Positions 1-6,744 of a stretch of DNA of 64,000 nucleotides are shown in pieces (the first letter of the stretch is position 1; every line of letters begins with the position of its first letter). The translations under genes were made by a program, and so were the position numbers. The notes below the pieces were generated by a model, which had not been told where the DNA came from, searched no databases, and saw only the letters and a program-made list of their open reading frames with translations. The stretch comes from a virus (taxonomy: Duplodnaviria; Heunggongvirae; Uroviricota; Caudoviricetes): the IMG/VR virus record IMGVR_UViG_3300033062_002687. One strand, 5' to 3'.

Positions 1-59
1 AATCGCACCCAGGTCTGAAGTTTAGAAGACTTCTGTCCTGTCTCCTAGACGATATGCTC
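1..59 (-). tRNA. tRNA-Arg(TCT), 3' end runs off the window
   Basis: Anticodon arm GAAGT-CT-TCT-AA-ACTTC, D-arm and start of T-arm visible on the reverse strand. Confidence 0.85.
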
Positions 60-61
60 AA

Positions 62-132
62 TGGGATCACCGGTGATCGCAACCGGATCGCGTAGTCCCA
101 AGCTACGAAGGCGTCTATTACCCCATGACCCC
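62..132 (-). tRNA. tRNA-Pro(TGG)
   Basis: Acceptor GGGGTCA/TGATCCC; anticodon arm CGTAG-CT-TGG-GA-CTACG. Confidence 0.9.
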
Positions 133-140
133 ATATATTC

Positions 141-200
141 GAGGGAACAAACGACAAAGGTTTCATTTTTGCATCGAAGTAACCCTTGTCTACGCCACTC
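141..200 (-). ncRNA. Candidate small structured RNA between tRNAs
   Basis: 10-bp stem GACAAGGGTT/AACCTTTGTC plus terminal GAG/CTC pairing; no ORF. Confidence 0.4.
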
Positions 201-202
201 GA

Positions 203-276
203 TGGGCAAGGCACGATTCGAACATGCGGCATCATCCTTGTAAGGGGTGCGTTCTTCCTAGCTGAACTACTTGCCC
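203..276 (-). tRNA. tRNA-Val(TAC)
   Basis: Acceptor GGGCAAG/CTTGCCC; arm CACCC-CT-TAC-AA-GGATG; TTCGAAT T-loop. Confidence 0.92.
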
Positions 277-278
277 GA

Positions 279-370
279 TGAGCGTACCAGGAATTGAACC
301 CGGACTTCAGAGTCTCTGCTTTTTTTTCAAAACCGTAGCTCTGTGCGCTTATCCATTACGCGATACGCCC
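279..370 (-). tRNA. tRNA-Arg(ACG) with 19-nt intron at 37/38 (314-332)
   Basis: CAGAG-CT-ACG-G[intron]A-CTCTG; BHB-like central helix CTAC/GCAG with an A34:C mismatch. Confidence 0.85.
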
Positions 371-373
371 AAA

Positions 374-446
374 TGTCCCCAGCGAGATTCGCACTCACGT
401 CTACTGCTCGAAAGGCAGTTATGCTTGTCTTCTACACCATAGGGAC
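374..446 (-). tRNA. tRNA-Glu(TTC)
   Basis: ACTGC-CT-TTC-GA-GCAGT; acceptor GTCCCTA/TGGGGAC. Confidence 0.9.
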
Positions 447-448
447 GA

Positions 449-527
449 TGGGATTGAAGGGATTTGAACCCTCGGCCAACCGATTAAGAGTCGGTTGCTC
501 TTAATTACCATGCTGAGCTACAATCCC
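449..527 (-). tRNA. tRNA-Lys(CTT)
   Basis: ACCGA-CT-CTT-AA-TCGGT; acceptor GGGATTG/CAATCCC. Confidence 0.92.
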
Positions 528-530
528 ATT

Positions 531-635
531 GTGTCATAGCGGTGACAGATTTCTCTGCCACCTTAGACGACAACTCTACTTACCAACGGTGCATGTCCAT
601 TCCCGTTGTTTCCTCATTGTTACGCCGTGTGACAC
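531..635 (-). ncRNA. Candidate ~105-nt structured ncRNA
   Basis: Terminal stem GTGTCA/TGACAC enclosing a CAACGG/CCGTTG hairpin and a GGTGGCAGA-GAAA-TCTGTCACC GNRA hairpin. Confidence 0.5.
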
Positions 636-646
636 TATGACTATGA

Positions 647-761
647 TGGCTCGAGGGAGGATCGAACTCCCGTTCTCACGGATTCTTAGTTGAAATCCGC
701 AGGCATATAATTCACGGATACCAAGTATCAGCCGTGCGCCTTGCCACTTGGCCATCGAGCC
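647..761 (-). tRNA. tRNA-Ile, intron-containing, with GAT and TAT anticodon cassettes
   Basis: Acceptor GGCTCGA/TCGAGCC; CACGG/CCGTG stem; 43-nt insert 683-725; two BHB-like solutions. Confidence 0.85.
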
Positions 762-764
762 AAA

Positions 765-836
765 CGCCGATGCTGGAAATTGCATCCAGAGTTGAAGAGT
801 GACAATCTTCTATGTTTCTGCTTACACCACACCGGC
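765..836 (-). tRNA. tRNA-Asp(GTC)
   Basis: GAAGA-TT-GTC-AC-TCTTC; G73. Confidence 0.88.
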
Positions 837-838
837 AA

Positions 839-911
839 TCTGGGCTGTGAGATTTGAACTCACATAGCATGGTCTACAGCCACGAGCTCTTCCAAGTTAA
901 GCTAAGCCCAG
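839..911 (-). tRNA. tRNA-Tyr(GTA), archaeal type
   Basis: CGTGG-CT-GTA-GA-CCATG; C1:G72, A73 and short variable loop (archaeal/eukaryal identity set). Confidence 0.9.
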
Positions 912-943
912 GTATCTAACTACTAATTAACTACTAATTACTG

Positions 944-1450
944 TCAAATTAGTAGTTGATTCGTCTTTTCATGAATAATATAATGAACGTTTGATTTACA
1001 TGTATGATATTTCTTCGATATATAATTATATGACATCCCTGATAAACTATCAAGCCTCATATTTTTTATTTCTTCATCACTAAATTTTCTTAATTTGTTT
1101 GCAGCAATTTTTGCTGATCTCATACGAATATATGGAGACTTATCCATCATATTGTCAGATGCTGTACCTATTTTAATATTTTTAAAATCATTATCTAATG
1201 AATTACCGTTCACATGTCTGACACATATGCCTTTTTTAAATAAATATTCACCATACAATTGATAAGCCGCTAATCTATGAACATAGATCTGGGCAAATTC
1301 TCCATGAAATTGTACCGTGAATCTCCAATATTTGTATTTAGTATTCTGATAATTTAATTTTCTGAATTTTTTACCAAATTTTACTCTTCCATCTGACAAA
1401 ACTCTATATCCTTTTTCAAATGCCTTTTTGATTGCTTCCTTTTGATTCAT
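944..1450 (-). CDS. HNH homing endonuclease with C-terminal HTH
   Basis: YVHRLAA...VRHVNGNSLDNDFKNI...SDN motif; start moved to MNQKE because the listed ATG at 1483 lies inside the tRNA-Met intron. Confidence 0.85.
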   Translation of the reverse strand: MNQKEAIKKAFEKGYRVLSDGRVKFGKKFRKLNYQNTKYKYWRFTVQFHGEFAQIYVHRLAAYQLYGEYLFKKGICVRHVNGNSLDNDFKNIKIGTASDNMMDKSPYIRMRSAKIAANKLRKFSDEEIKNMRLDSLSGMSYNYISKKYHTCKSNVHYIIHEKTNQLLI

Positions 1451-1462
1451 GTTAAAATAAAG

Positions 1463-1568
1463 TAGCGGTACCAGGACTTTCATTCAGCAGCTTTATGCTA
1501 ACTGATTTTGAACCTGGGACCTATGGCTCATGAGGCCATCGGGAACGACCATACTCCCCCATACCGCT
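1463..1568 (-). tRNA. tRNA-Met(CAT), probably initiator, with 30-nt intron in the T-loop (59/60; 1477-1506)
   Basis: A1:U72 acceptor AGCGGTA/TACCGCT; ATGGC-CT-CAT-GA-GCCAT; BHB helix TTCA/TGAA restores the TTCAAAT loop. Confidence 0.85.
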
Positions 1569-2008
1569 ATAGAAACATCTGTTCCGCAATGGAACAAAGA
1601 ACCAAAGAAAAAAACGCACACAGCAGAACAGGACGTTCCTATAGTCGGATATGACAACCAACTTGCGTTGATTGTTGATCCATCGGAAACCCGACGATCT
1701 CTCCGCCTTGTGGACAACCAGCTATCTTGATTGACTGCTGATATTTCCTTTCCTGTTTTACTGCTGTTAAGCTCATTTTGTGTGAATTTATTATACCTCT
1801 ATAATCATGTGGGAGCAAAATGCTCCCGAGTTCTTATCCAGCGCCAGTGTCTAACGACCAATGCTCCAAAAATTGGTCGATCATCAACACACTATATGCC
1901 TAGCACCAATCTTGTTGCAAAATTGATGATCATCAGCATATCTTAACCAAATCCGATATTGTTGGACCCGATTGAAAGCCAACCTTAATGTTAGGAAAAT
2001 AAATGGAT

Positions 2009-2260
2009 TTATATATTTTTCTGTTTCTCAAGATACTCATTTTCAAGATTATCGAGAGCCTGTAAGACTGCCCGGATGTCTGGCTTTCCGACATTGGAGT
2101 ATGCATGAATTAACAGAACTAGTGTATCTCTTTTTAATCCAGAGCTTGCGAGCTTCTTAAATGCCCTGGAGATCATGCGAATCTCTCTAGCTAATTTCTC
2201 AGATGTGTCCTCTAATTTTTTAAGCTCGACTAATGTTACATTCTCCTTTTCTTTTTCCAT
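2009..2260 (-). CDS. Hypothetical protein
   Basis: 83-aa ORF with purine-rich RBS-like upstream sequence. Confidence 0.7.
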   Translation of the reverse strand: MEKEKENVTLVELKKLEDTSEKLAREIRMISRAFKKLASSGLKRDTLVLLIHAYSNVGKPDIRAVLQALDNLENEYLEKQKNI

Positions 2261-2281
2261 TGTTTCATCCCCATTTATTTT

Positions 2282-2659
2282 CTATTCAAAGGCAGAACCG
2301 AGATTTGAACTCGGAGTTCCTCGTCTGCAGCGAGGCGCCTTGCCGGATTTGACCATTCTGCCGTAAATGTAAAAGACAGCTCTTCCGTGCTTTTTGGCAA
2401 ATCTTACCTTGAGCATTCTCTTAAGCTTTCTGTTCCATCGATCAACCTGCCAATAATGCTTGAACCAATATGTTTCTGGCCGGAACTTTGTTTTATCTGG
2501 ATATCCACGACAACCGTCTCTCCGTTCTATCCACGAATCATAATAAGGTTCTATGAACAAATCATTCTCGATGATTAATTTCTGTGGAATTAATGGTTCT
2601 GGATAGACCCATCCACTTCCACGCCTATCTTTTTGAGTCATTCGCTTTCTGTTTCCCAA
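2282..2659 (-). CDS. Hypothetical basic protein whose C-terminus reads through tRNA-Cys
   Basis: 125-aa ORF overlapping the upstream gene end. Confidence 0.55.
   Translation of the reverse strand: MGNRKRMTQKDRRGSGWVYPEPLIPQKLIIENDLFIEPYYDSWIERRDGCRGYPDKTKFRPETYWFKHYWQVDRWNRKLKRMLKVRFAKKHGRAVFYIYGRMVKSGKAPRCRRGTPSSNLGSAFE
2290..2362 (-). tRNA. tRNA-Cys(GCA)
   Basis: CCTCG-CT-GCA-GA-CGAGG; U73; acceptor GGCAGAA/TTCTGCC. Confidence 0.92.
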
Positions 2660-2976
2660 GTACCATCACGTTTGTAATTAAAGACCTTGAATTTATCTTC
2701 ACGATCATAGCTTACATACTGTTTTATGATGAACTTTTTGTATCGCTTTTTAAAGGCAGCTAACAGATAATGAGGATGAGATACATTTGTTGAACATTGT
2801 ATCAGATACACATTACATTCATCATCAATTGCAAGCAAATCAAAAAGCGAATATGCATCTTTGGGTGATACGAACCTTCCTGTCCGCTCGACGATAGCTA
2901 CATTTAAACCTTTTTTTTCCAATAATTTTATAAGATTTGCGCGGTTTTTGTTACCCTTTCTCCTAGGATGTTTCAT
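2638..2976 (-). CDS. Hjc-like Holliday junction resolvase / PD-(D/E)XK nuclease
   Basis: KGN...LEKKG...FDLLAID...YLIQCST pattern. Confidence 0.7.
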   Translation of the reverse strand: MKHPRRKGNKNRANLIKLLEKKGLNVAIVERTGRFVSPKDAYSLFDLLAIDDECNVYLIQCSTNVSHPHYLLAAFKKRYKKFIIKQYVSYDREDKFKVFNYKRDGTWETESE

Positions 2977-2981
2977 TTATC

Positions 2982-3645
2982 TTAGCATGAAGCTTGGTTG
3001 TTTTTAAAGTTTTTGCCTTCGAGCTTGCTAATGAACTGATATATGCCGCAAAGATCAGTGTATTCTGTTGAATGTATCTCCTTTATCTTCGCCTGATTGT
3101 AGGTTGAAAGTGTGTCCAAAAATCTCTTAGAGTAAACTGAGGATATCCCAAGATAAAATTCCTCGGCGACTCCATGAAGCATCTGATCGATCTTCTTGAA
3201 CCAATGCGTAATCTCGACGTCGCGCGTACCTGCAAACCTTGCCGCAGACTGTCCTCCTTTTCGATGCTTATGCGGCACCAATGATTTTTCATGAAACACC
3301 TCCTCAATCTCACCATCTGAATAAACCTTAGCGAAAAAGCATTCGTCATAATCCATAACAAGGATTTGATACATCAATGTTTTTGTATCAGGAAACCTTA
3401 ACAGATCCTTACCACAAAAATAATGTTTTTGCTGCTTATCATATGGCTCAACTGTTAATTGTTCATCATTCCAATATAAAGATATGCCATCTGTTTTCTT
3501 GGCATTACTAAAGATAGTGAGCTATTTTGTTAAGGCCCGCAGTAGTGCTCTGCCTAGTTTGCCTGTCCTTAATGTTCTTTGCTGACATAATCTCTTGCCT
3601 TATGTTTGGTGCTTGTGCACCGACGGGGATATGAATACTTATCAT
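2982..3645 (-). CDS. aRF1/eRF1-like peptide chain release factor (N+M domains), expressed via a +1 frameshift at 3513-3508
   Basis: SD GGAGG + ATG 3645; NIKD (NIKS-like) in frame 0; YFCG (YxC) and KHRKGGQSAARF in the +1 frame; junction CTT TAG. Confidence 0.85.
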
Positions 3646-3664
3646 TTTCTTACCTCCATTTAAA

Positions 3665-3796
3665 CGCCCAAGGCCGGAGTTGAACCGACACGCCTTTTAC
3701 AGCCCCTGTTTTCCAGTCCTGGCTTCAAGTCCTGATATTCGATTCCTGGCTCGAATTAGCAGACAGGTGAATCAGGCCATAGATTCTATCTTGGGC
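3665..3796 (-). tRNA. tRNA-Ser with a 46-nt insert holding GCT, CGA, TGA and GGA anticodon cassettes
   Basis: Acceptor GCCCAAG/CTTGGGC, G73, long variable arm, CCTGT/ACAGG anticodon stem. Confidence 0.85.
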
Positions 3797-3800
3797 AAAA

Positions 3801-3891
3801 AGCCACCATCCAGAGTTGCACTGGAATTAGCTAGTCACCTGGATATATATTTCCTACAGGCTAGCTGAACTTTCTGTTGTTCTATGATGGC
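3801..3891 (-). tRNA. tRNA-Thr(TGT) with 19-nt intron (3836-3854); unusual C33
   Basis: GCTAG-CC-TGT-A[intron]A-CTAGC; clean BHB CCTG/CAGG with TAG and TGA bulges. Confidence 0.82.
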
Positions 3892-3936
3892 ATACTACTT
3901 TAAAGCTGCACTATCCTACTACTATACTACTTTCAA

Positions 3937-4085
3937 TGCGGGTGTAGGGAATCGAACCCTATCCGCCACCTTGTGGCATCAGATTTCTTCCGAATGGATT
4001 TAAGTTCCGTCTTGAGTGACGTCCTAAGTTCTAAGTTTCGTCTCATTGATCTTAGTCTGACGCTTCTCCATCCAGCTCCACCCGC
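3937..4085 (-). tRNA. tRNA-Leu with a 65-nt insert holding AAG, TAG, CAA and TAA anticodon cassettes
   Basis: Acceptor GCGGGTG/CACCCGC, A73, long variable arm GCCAC/GTGGC, TCAGA/TCTGA stem. Confidence 0.85.
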
Positions 4086-4090
4086 AAAAA

Positions 4091-4163
4091 TGGACTCAGC
4101 GGAATTTGAATCCGCAGCCTATTCCTTGCAAGGGAATTGCTCTGGCATTAGAGCTATGAGCCC
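4091..4163 (-). tRNA. tRNA-Ala(TGC)
   Basis: ATTCC-CT-TGC-AA-GGAAT; G3:U70. Confidence 0.92.
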
Positions 4164-4215
4164 GTTTGTTACTTATATTTTTCATATAACTATGCCATTT
4201 TACATAACTATTAAC

Positions 4216-4322
4216 TGGGACTGACCGGATTTGAACCGGTACCGACTGGTTCCTCCTTCCTTTCATCCTATAACTCTCTGAGACCTGGAGCCAGTAATTC
4301 TGCCTGATTAAAATACAATCCC
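4216..4322 (-). tRNA. tRNA-Trp(CCA) with 34-nt intron (4251-4284)
   Basis: ACTGG-CT-CCA-G[intron]A-CCAGT; central helix CTCC/GGAG. Confidence 0.88.
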
Positions 4323-4323
4323 G

Positions 4324-4478
4324 CGGGCATCGAAGGACTTGCACCTTCTTCCTCCTGTTCACTGTTATCTTCACCAAGCACAAGAGTGGTCCCTCGTGGA
4401 AATGACATCAATGGACTTTGGTTTCCATTGGTGAATGATGCTAACAGACAGGCGCTCATCTATATGAGCTTGATGCCC
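4324..4478 (-). tRNA. tRNA-Asn(GTT) with 82-nt intron (4360-4441)
   Basis: CCTGT-CT-GTT-A[intron]A-ACAGG; central helix CTGT/ACAG; intron stem TTCACCAA/TTGGTGAA. Confidence 0.88.
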
Positions 4479-4670
4479 ATTAGTGGGGTCTCCATGTTGA
4501 ATATTATTAGTTTAGCTTGCCACAGAATTCCCATCGGAGTTCAAGGCACAAAGAAAATCTATGGCAAGTTTTGTCAGCAGGATAGCTGACTATTTGCGAG
4601 CGACAATGCAGTGGCATTCAGCCATGATAATGTCGTGCATCTTACCATAATCTGATGAGAAAGTAAACAA

Positions 4671-4687
4671 GTTTATATATTTTTCGG
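4671..4687 (-). promoter_or_regulatory. Archaeal BRE/TATA promoter upstream of the tRNA array
   Basis: CCGAAAAATATATAAAC on the minus strand. Confidence 0.6.
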
Positions 4688-4721
4688 AAATCAGAAATCA
4701 AAAACCTACAGTTTTCGATTA

Positions 4722-4943
4722 TTAGTGATTCGGATGAAAGGCCTTCTCAGCTCGATGACTCAACCAATATCCTATCCATAGGCATATGTCAGCGATGAGA
4801 ATATAGTTCAGGTATACATACTGTTTGAAATAATAGACGCCATATGTCAGCAACAAAAAGACAAATAACGTCCTCGATATCGTATGTTCAAGCCTTCCAA
4901 ATCGAAATGCCCAACGATATCGGAAATTAGTGAAAAATCCCAT
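4722..4943 (-). CDS. Small membrane protein (2 TM)
   Basis: Two hydrophobic stretches. Confidence 0.65.
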   Translation of the reverse strand: MGFFTNFRYRWAFRFGRLEHTISRTLFVFLLLTYGVYYFKQYVYLNYILIADICLWIGYWLSHRAEKAFHPNH

Positions 4944-4945
4944 GG

Positions 4946-5470
4946 TTATATTAGCATCTCCTTGTTGATTTCTGAATGAAAACTCATCAATTGATCGTGC
5001 TCTTTCTTCTTAAGCTCACCAAGCTCGAGCTCCTTTAATGTAGGCTTTCTTGGACCAGGAATTACTTTAAAGAAAGATATGTCATGCTCTTTGTACTTGC
5101 CAGCAACTCTTATTGTCTTATGATCATAGAAGCGCGATATGTGCCGATACATTGGATCAACATATTTCGCGAAGTTAATCATCATCTTCACACGAGTATA
5201 TGGCATCTGATCAAAGTAGAAGAACACGTGAAAACCTTTCTTTGACTTGTAGACAAATGCATCTGAAAGATTCCAATATATCTGCAGCTCATGCACACTC
5301 TCGTTGACCTTTTCGAAATCTGTTATGTCGTAGTCTAATGGCAAAATATGGATATCATTCTCGAGATCGATCGAGCTGTTGACTCCTAATGCAAAACCAT
5401 GGAGATCAATGTCATGAGAATATCGCACATATGATTTCAGGACTTTGAAGAAAAGCTTAAACCTGTTCAT
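4946..5470 (-). CDS. AEP primase-like protein
   Basis: LDYD (DxD) and SKKGFHVFF motifs; likely start MNRFK. Confidence 0.5.
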   Translation of the reverse strand: MNRFKLFFKVLKSYVRYSHDIDLHGFALGVNSSIDLENDIHILPLDYDITDFEKVNESVHELQIYWNLSDAFVYKSKKGFHVFFYFDQMPYTRVKMMINFAKYVDPMYRHISRFYDHKTIRVAGKYKEHDISFFKVIPGPRKPTLKELELGELKKKEHDQLMSFHSEINKEMLI

Positions 5471-5822
5471 GGAGATAATACCTCCATCCTTGCGAAGGAA
5501 CAAGCTGCTCACCATTTCCTATCTCGACCCAGCTTTCAGAATGAAAAATTATCCTGCAAACATGTGGTTCATCACCATTGCTCAAAGATTCAATGATAAA
5601 ATAGCCTTTCACTTGACCATTCACTGCCATATAAATTCGGCGTTCATCCCTATGATTTGCAAGCTGCACAGGAAATCTCCTTGTATCCCAGAAACAATAG
5701 TTATCGTTCTTCAGCATTCCATCCCGCTTCTTATGTTCAAGAATCTCAGCTGTAGTGAAAACAAGTATTCCTTTTGAGCTTGGATTCAAAAATTCCCTTG
5801 TAATTATTTGACTTGTTGTCAT
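5457..5822 (-). CDS. ASCH/EVE (PUA-like) domain protein, tentative
   Basis: CFW...RIYMAVNGQVKGYF...SQGWRYY pattern. Confidence 0.4.
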   Translation of the reverse strand: MTTSQIITREFLNPSSKGILVFTTAEILEHKKRDGMLKNDNYCFWDTRRFPVQLANHRDERRIYMAVNGQVKGYFIIESLSNGDEPHVCRIIFHSESWVEIGNGEQLVPSQGWRYYLHEQV

Positions 5823-6232
5823 TGATCATGCCTCACACCGTAGAGAGTTATTGATGAAAAGATACCTGCCATGAATAGCATTGATGATAACAAAATCATG
5901 TATAATGATCGCGGCATAGATTTTGCTGCTGTAAGATAAAATGTAGGATAACTTGCCGTCTTGTTAAAATCATATTGATCATATAAATTCCTGTAATTAA
6001 TTAATGTGTTGTTGAGATTTATGTTTACATCATTTGACAAAACAGCAATGTTATATGCAAGATCCATGTTATGAAAGCCAATCATATATGTATAGGCTGA
6101 ATACGTCATTCCAAGCGCACCAGCTATAATGAATATGATTGATATGAAGAACATGATTGGATGCAAGATTCCTGATATATTTAGCTTCTTCTTTCTCTTT
6201 CGCTTTCGTTTCCTTTCTCTCTTCTTAACCAT
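5819..6232 (-). CDS. Membrane protein (2 TM, basic N-terminus)
   Basis: Hydrophobicity pattern. Confidence 0.7.
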   Translation of the reverse strand: MVKKRERKRKRKRKKKLNISGILHPIMFFISIIFIIAGALGMTYSAYTYMIGFHNMDLAYNIAVLSNDVNINLNNTLINYRNLYDQYDFNKTASYPTFYLTAAKSMPRSLYMILLSSMLFMAGIFSSITLYGVRHDQ

Positions 6233-6240
6233 TGCCCGAC

Positions 6241-6744
6241 CTACATTGAATAACGCTTTTTAATTGTACCAACATTTCTTTTGTACATATCTCCAGCTGA
6301 CCTAAGCTGGTAATCTCTCTGCTGAATCATAGACATCCTTTTAAATTCTTTGCTTCCATAATAGAAAAGCTCATCTTCAGTGATTCCTTCATCTCCTTTC
6401 GGAATGATAAGGTTGGGAACAAAGACTTCATCCAGAGTAAGACCTGGATATTTCTTCTGGAAGTCATTAAGGATCTGCTGCCTTATCGCAGCAATAGCCT
6501 GATTAAATGTATCCTGGCCGTAGCGAACATAGATAGTATATCGCTGTTTGACCTCAAGCATATTTCCTTGCCTGTCAACATAATGCCCAGATACATAGCA
6601 ATCAACTGATGTAGAAACATTGTTTTTTACTGTGGATGAATAATCAAGAACATGAGCTTTTTCAACTTCTATAGCCTCAGCAAACCTATGCCGTTTTCCC
6701 CCAGATACTTTTGCCCTTTCAAAGATTGATGCTAAATCAACAAT
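6241..6744 (-). CDS. Hypothetical protein with probable ATT start
   Basis: Frame is open for 61 codons upstream of ATG 6561, up to ATT 6744, which lies 6 nt after GGGGAGGGG. Confidence 0.6.
   Translation of the reverse strand: MVDLASIFERAKVSGGKRHRFAEAIEVEKAHVLDYSSTVKNNVSTSVDCYVSGHYVDRQGNMLEVKQRYTIYVRYGQDTFNQAIAAIRQQILNDFQKKYPGLTLDEVFVPNLIIPKGDEGITEDELFYYGSKEFKRMSMIQQRDYQLRSAGDMYKRNVGTIKKRYSM

Noticed and set aside
3480..3520. BHB intron as the explanation for the aRF1 frame break
   Set aside because: Spacing to the eRF1 N-domain motifs leaves no room for an intron; a 1-nt shift is enough
4251..4284. Hidden TTA suppressor cassette or C/D guide in the tRNA-Trp intron
   Set aside because: It would give G33/U37 and a mismatched helix, and no proper C/D boxes are present
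61..4589. Short ORFs from the track that overlap tRNAs (e.g. 61-243, 576-785, 3680-3868, 4096-4383)
   Set aside because: They are shadows of tRNA or ncRNA genes
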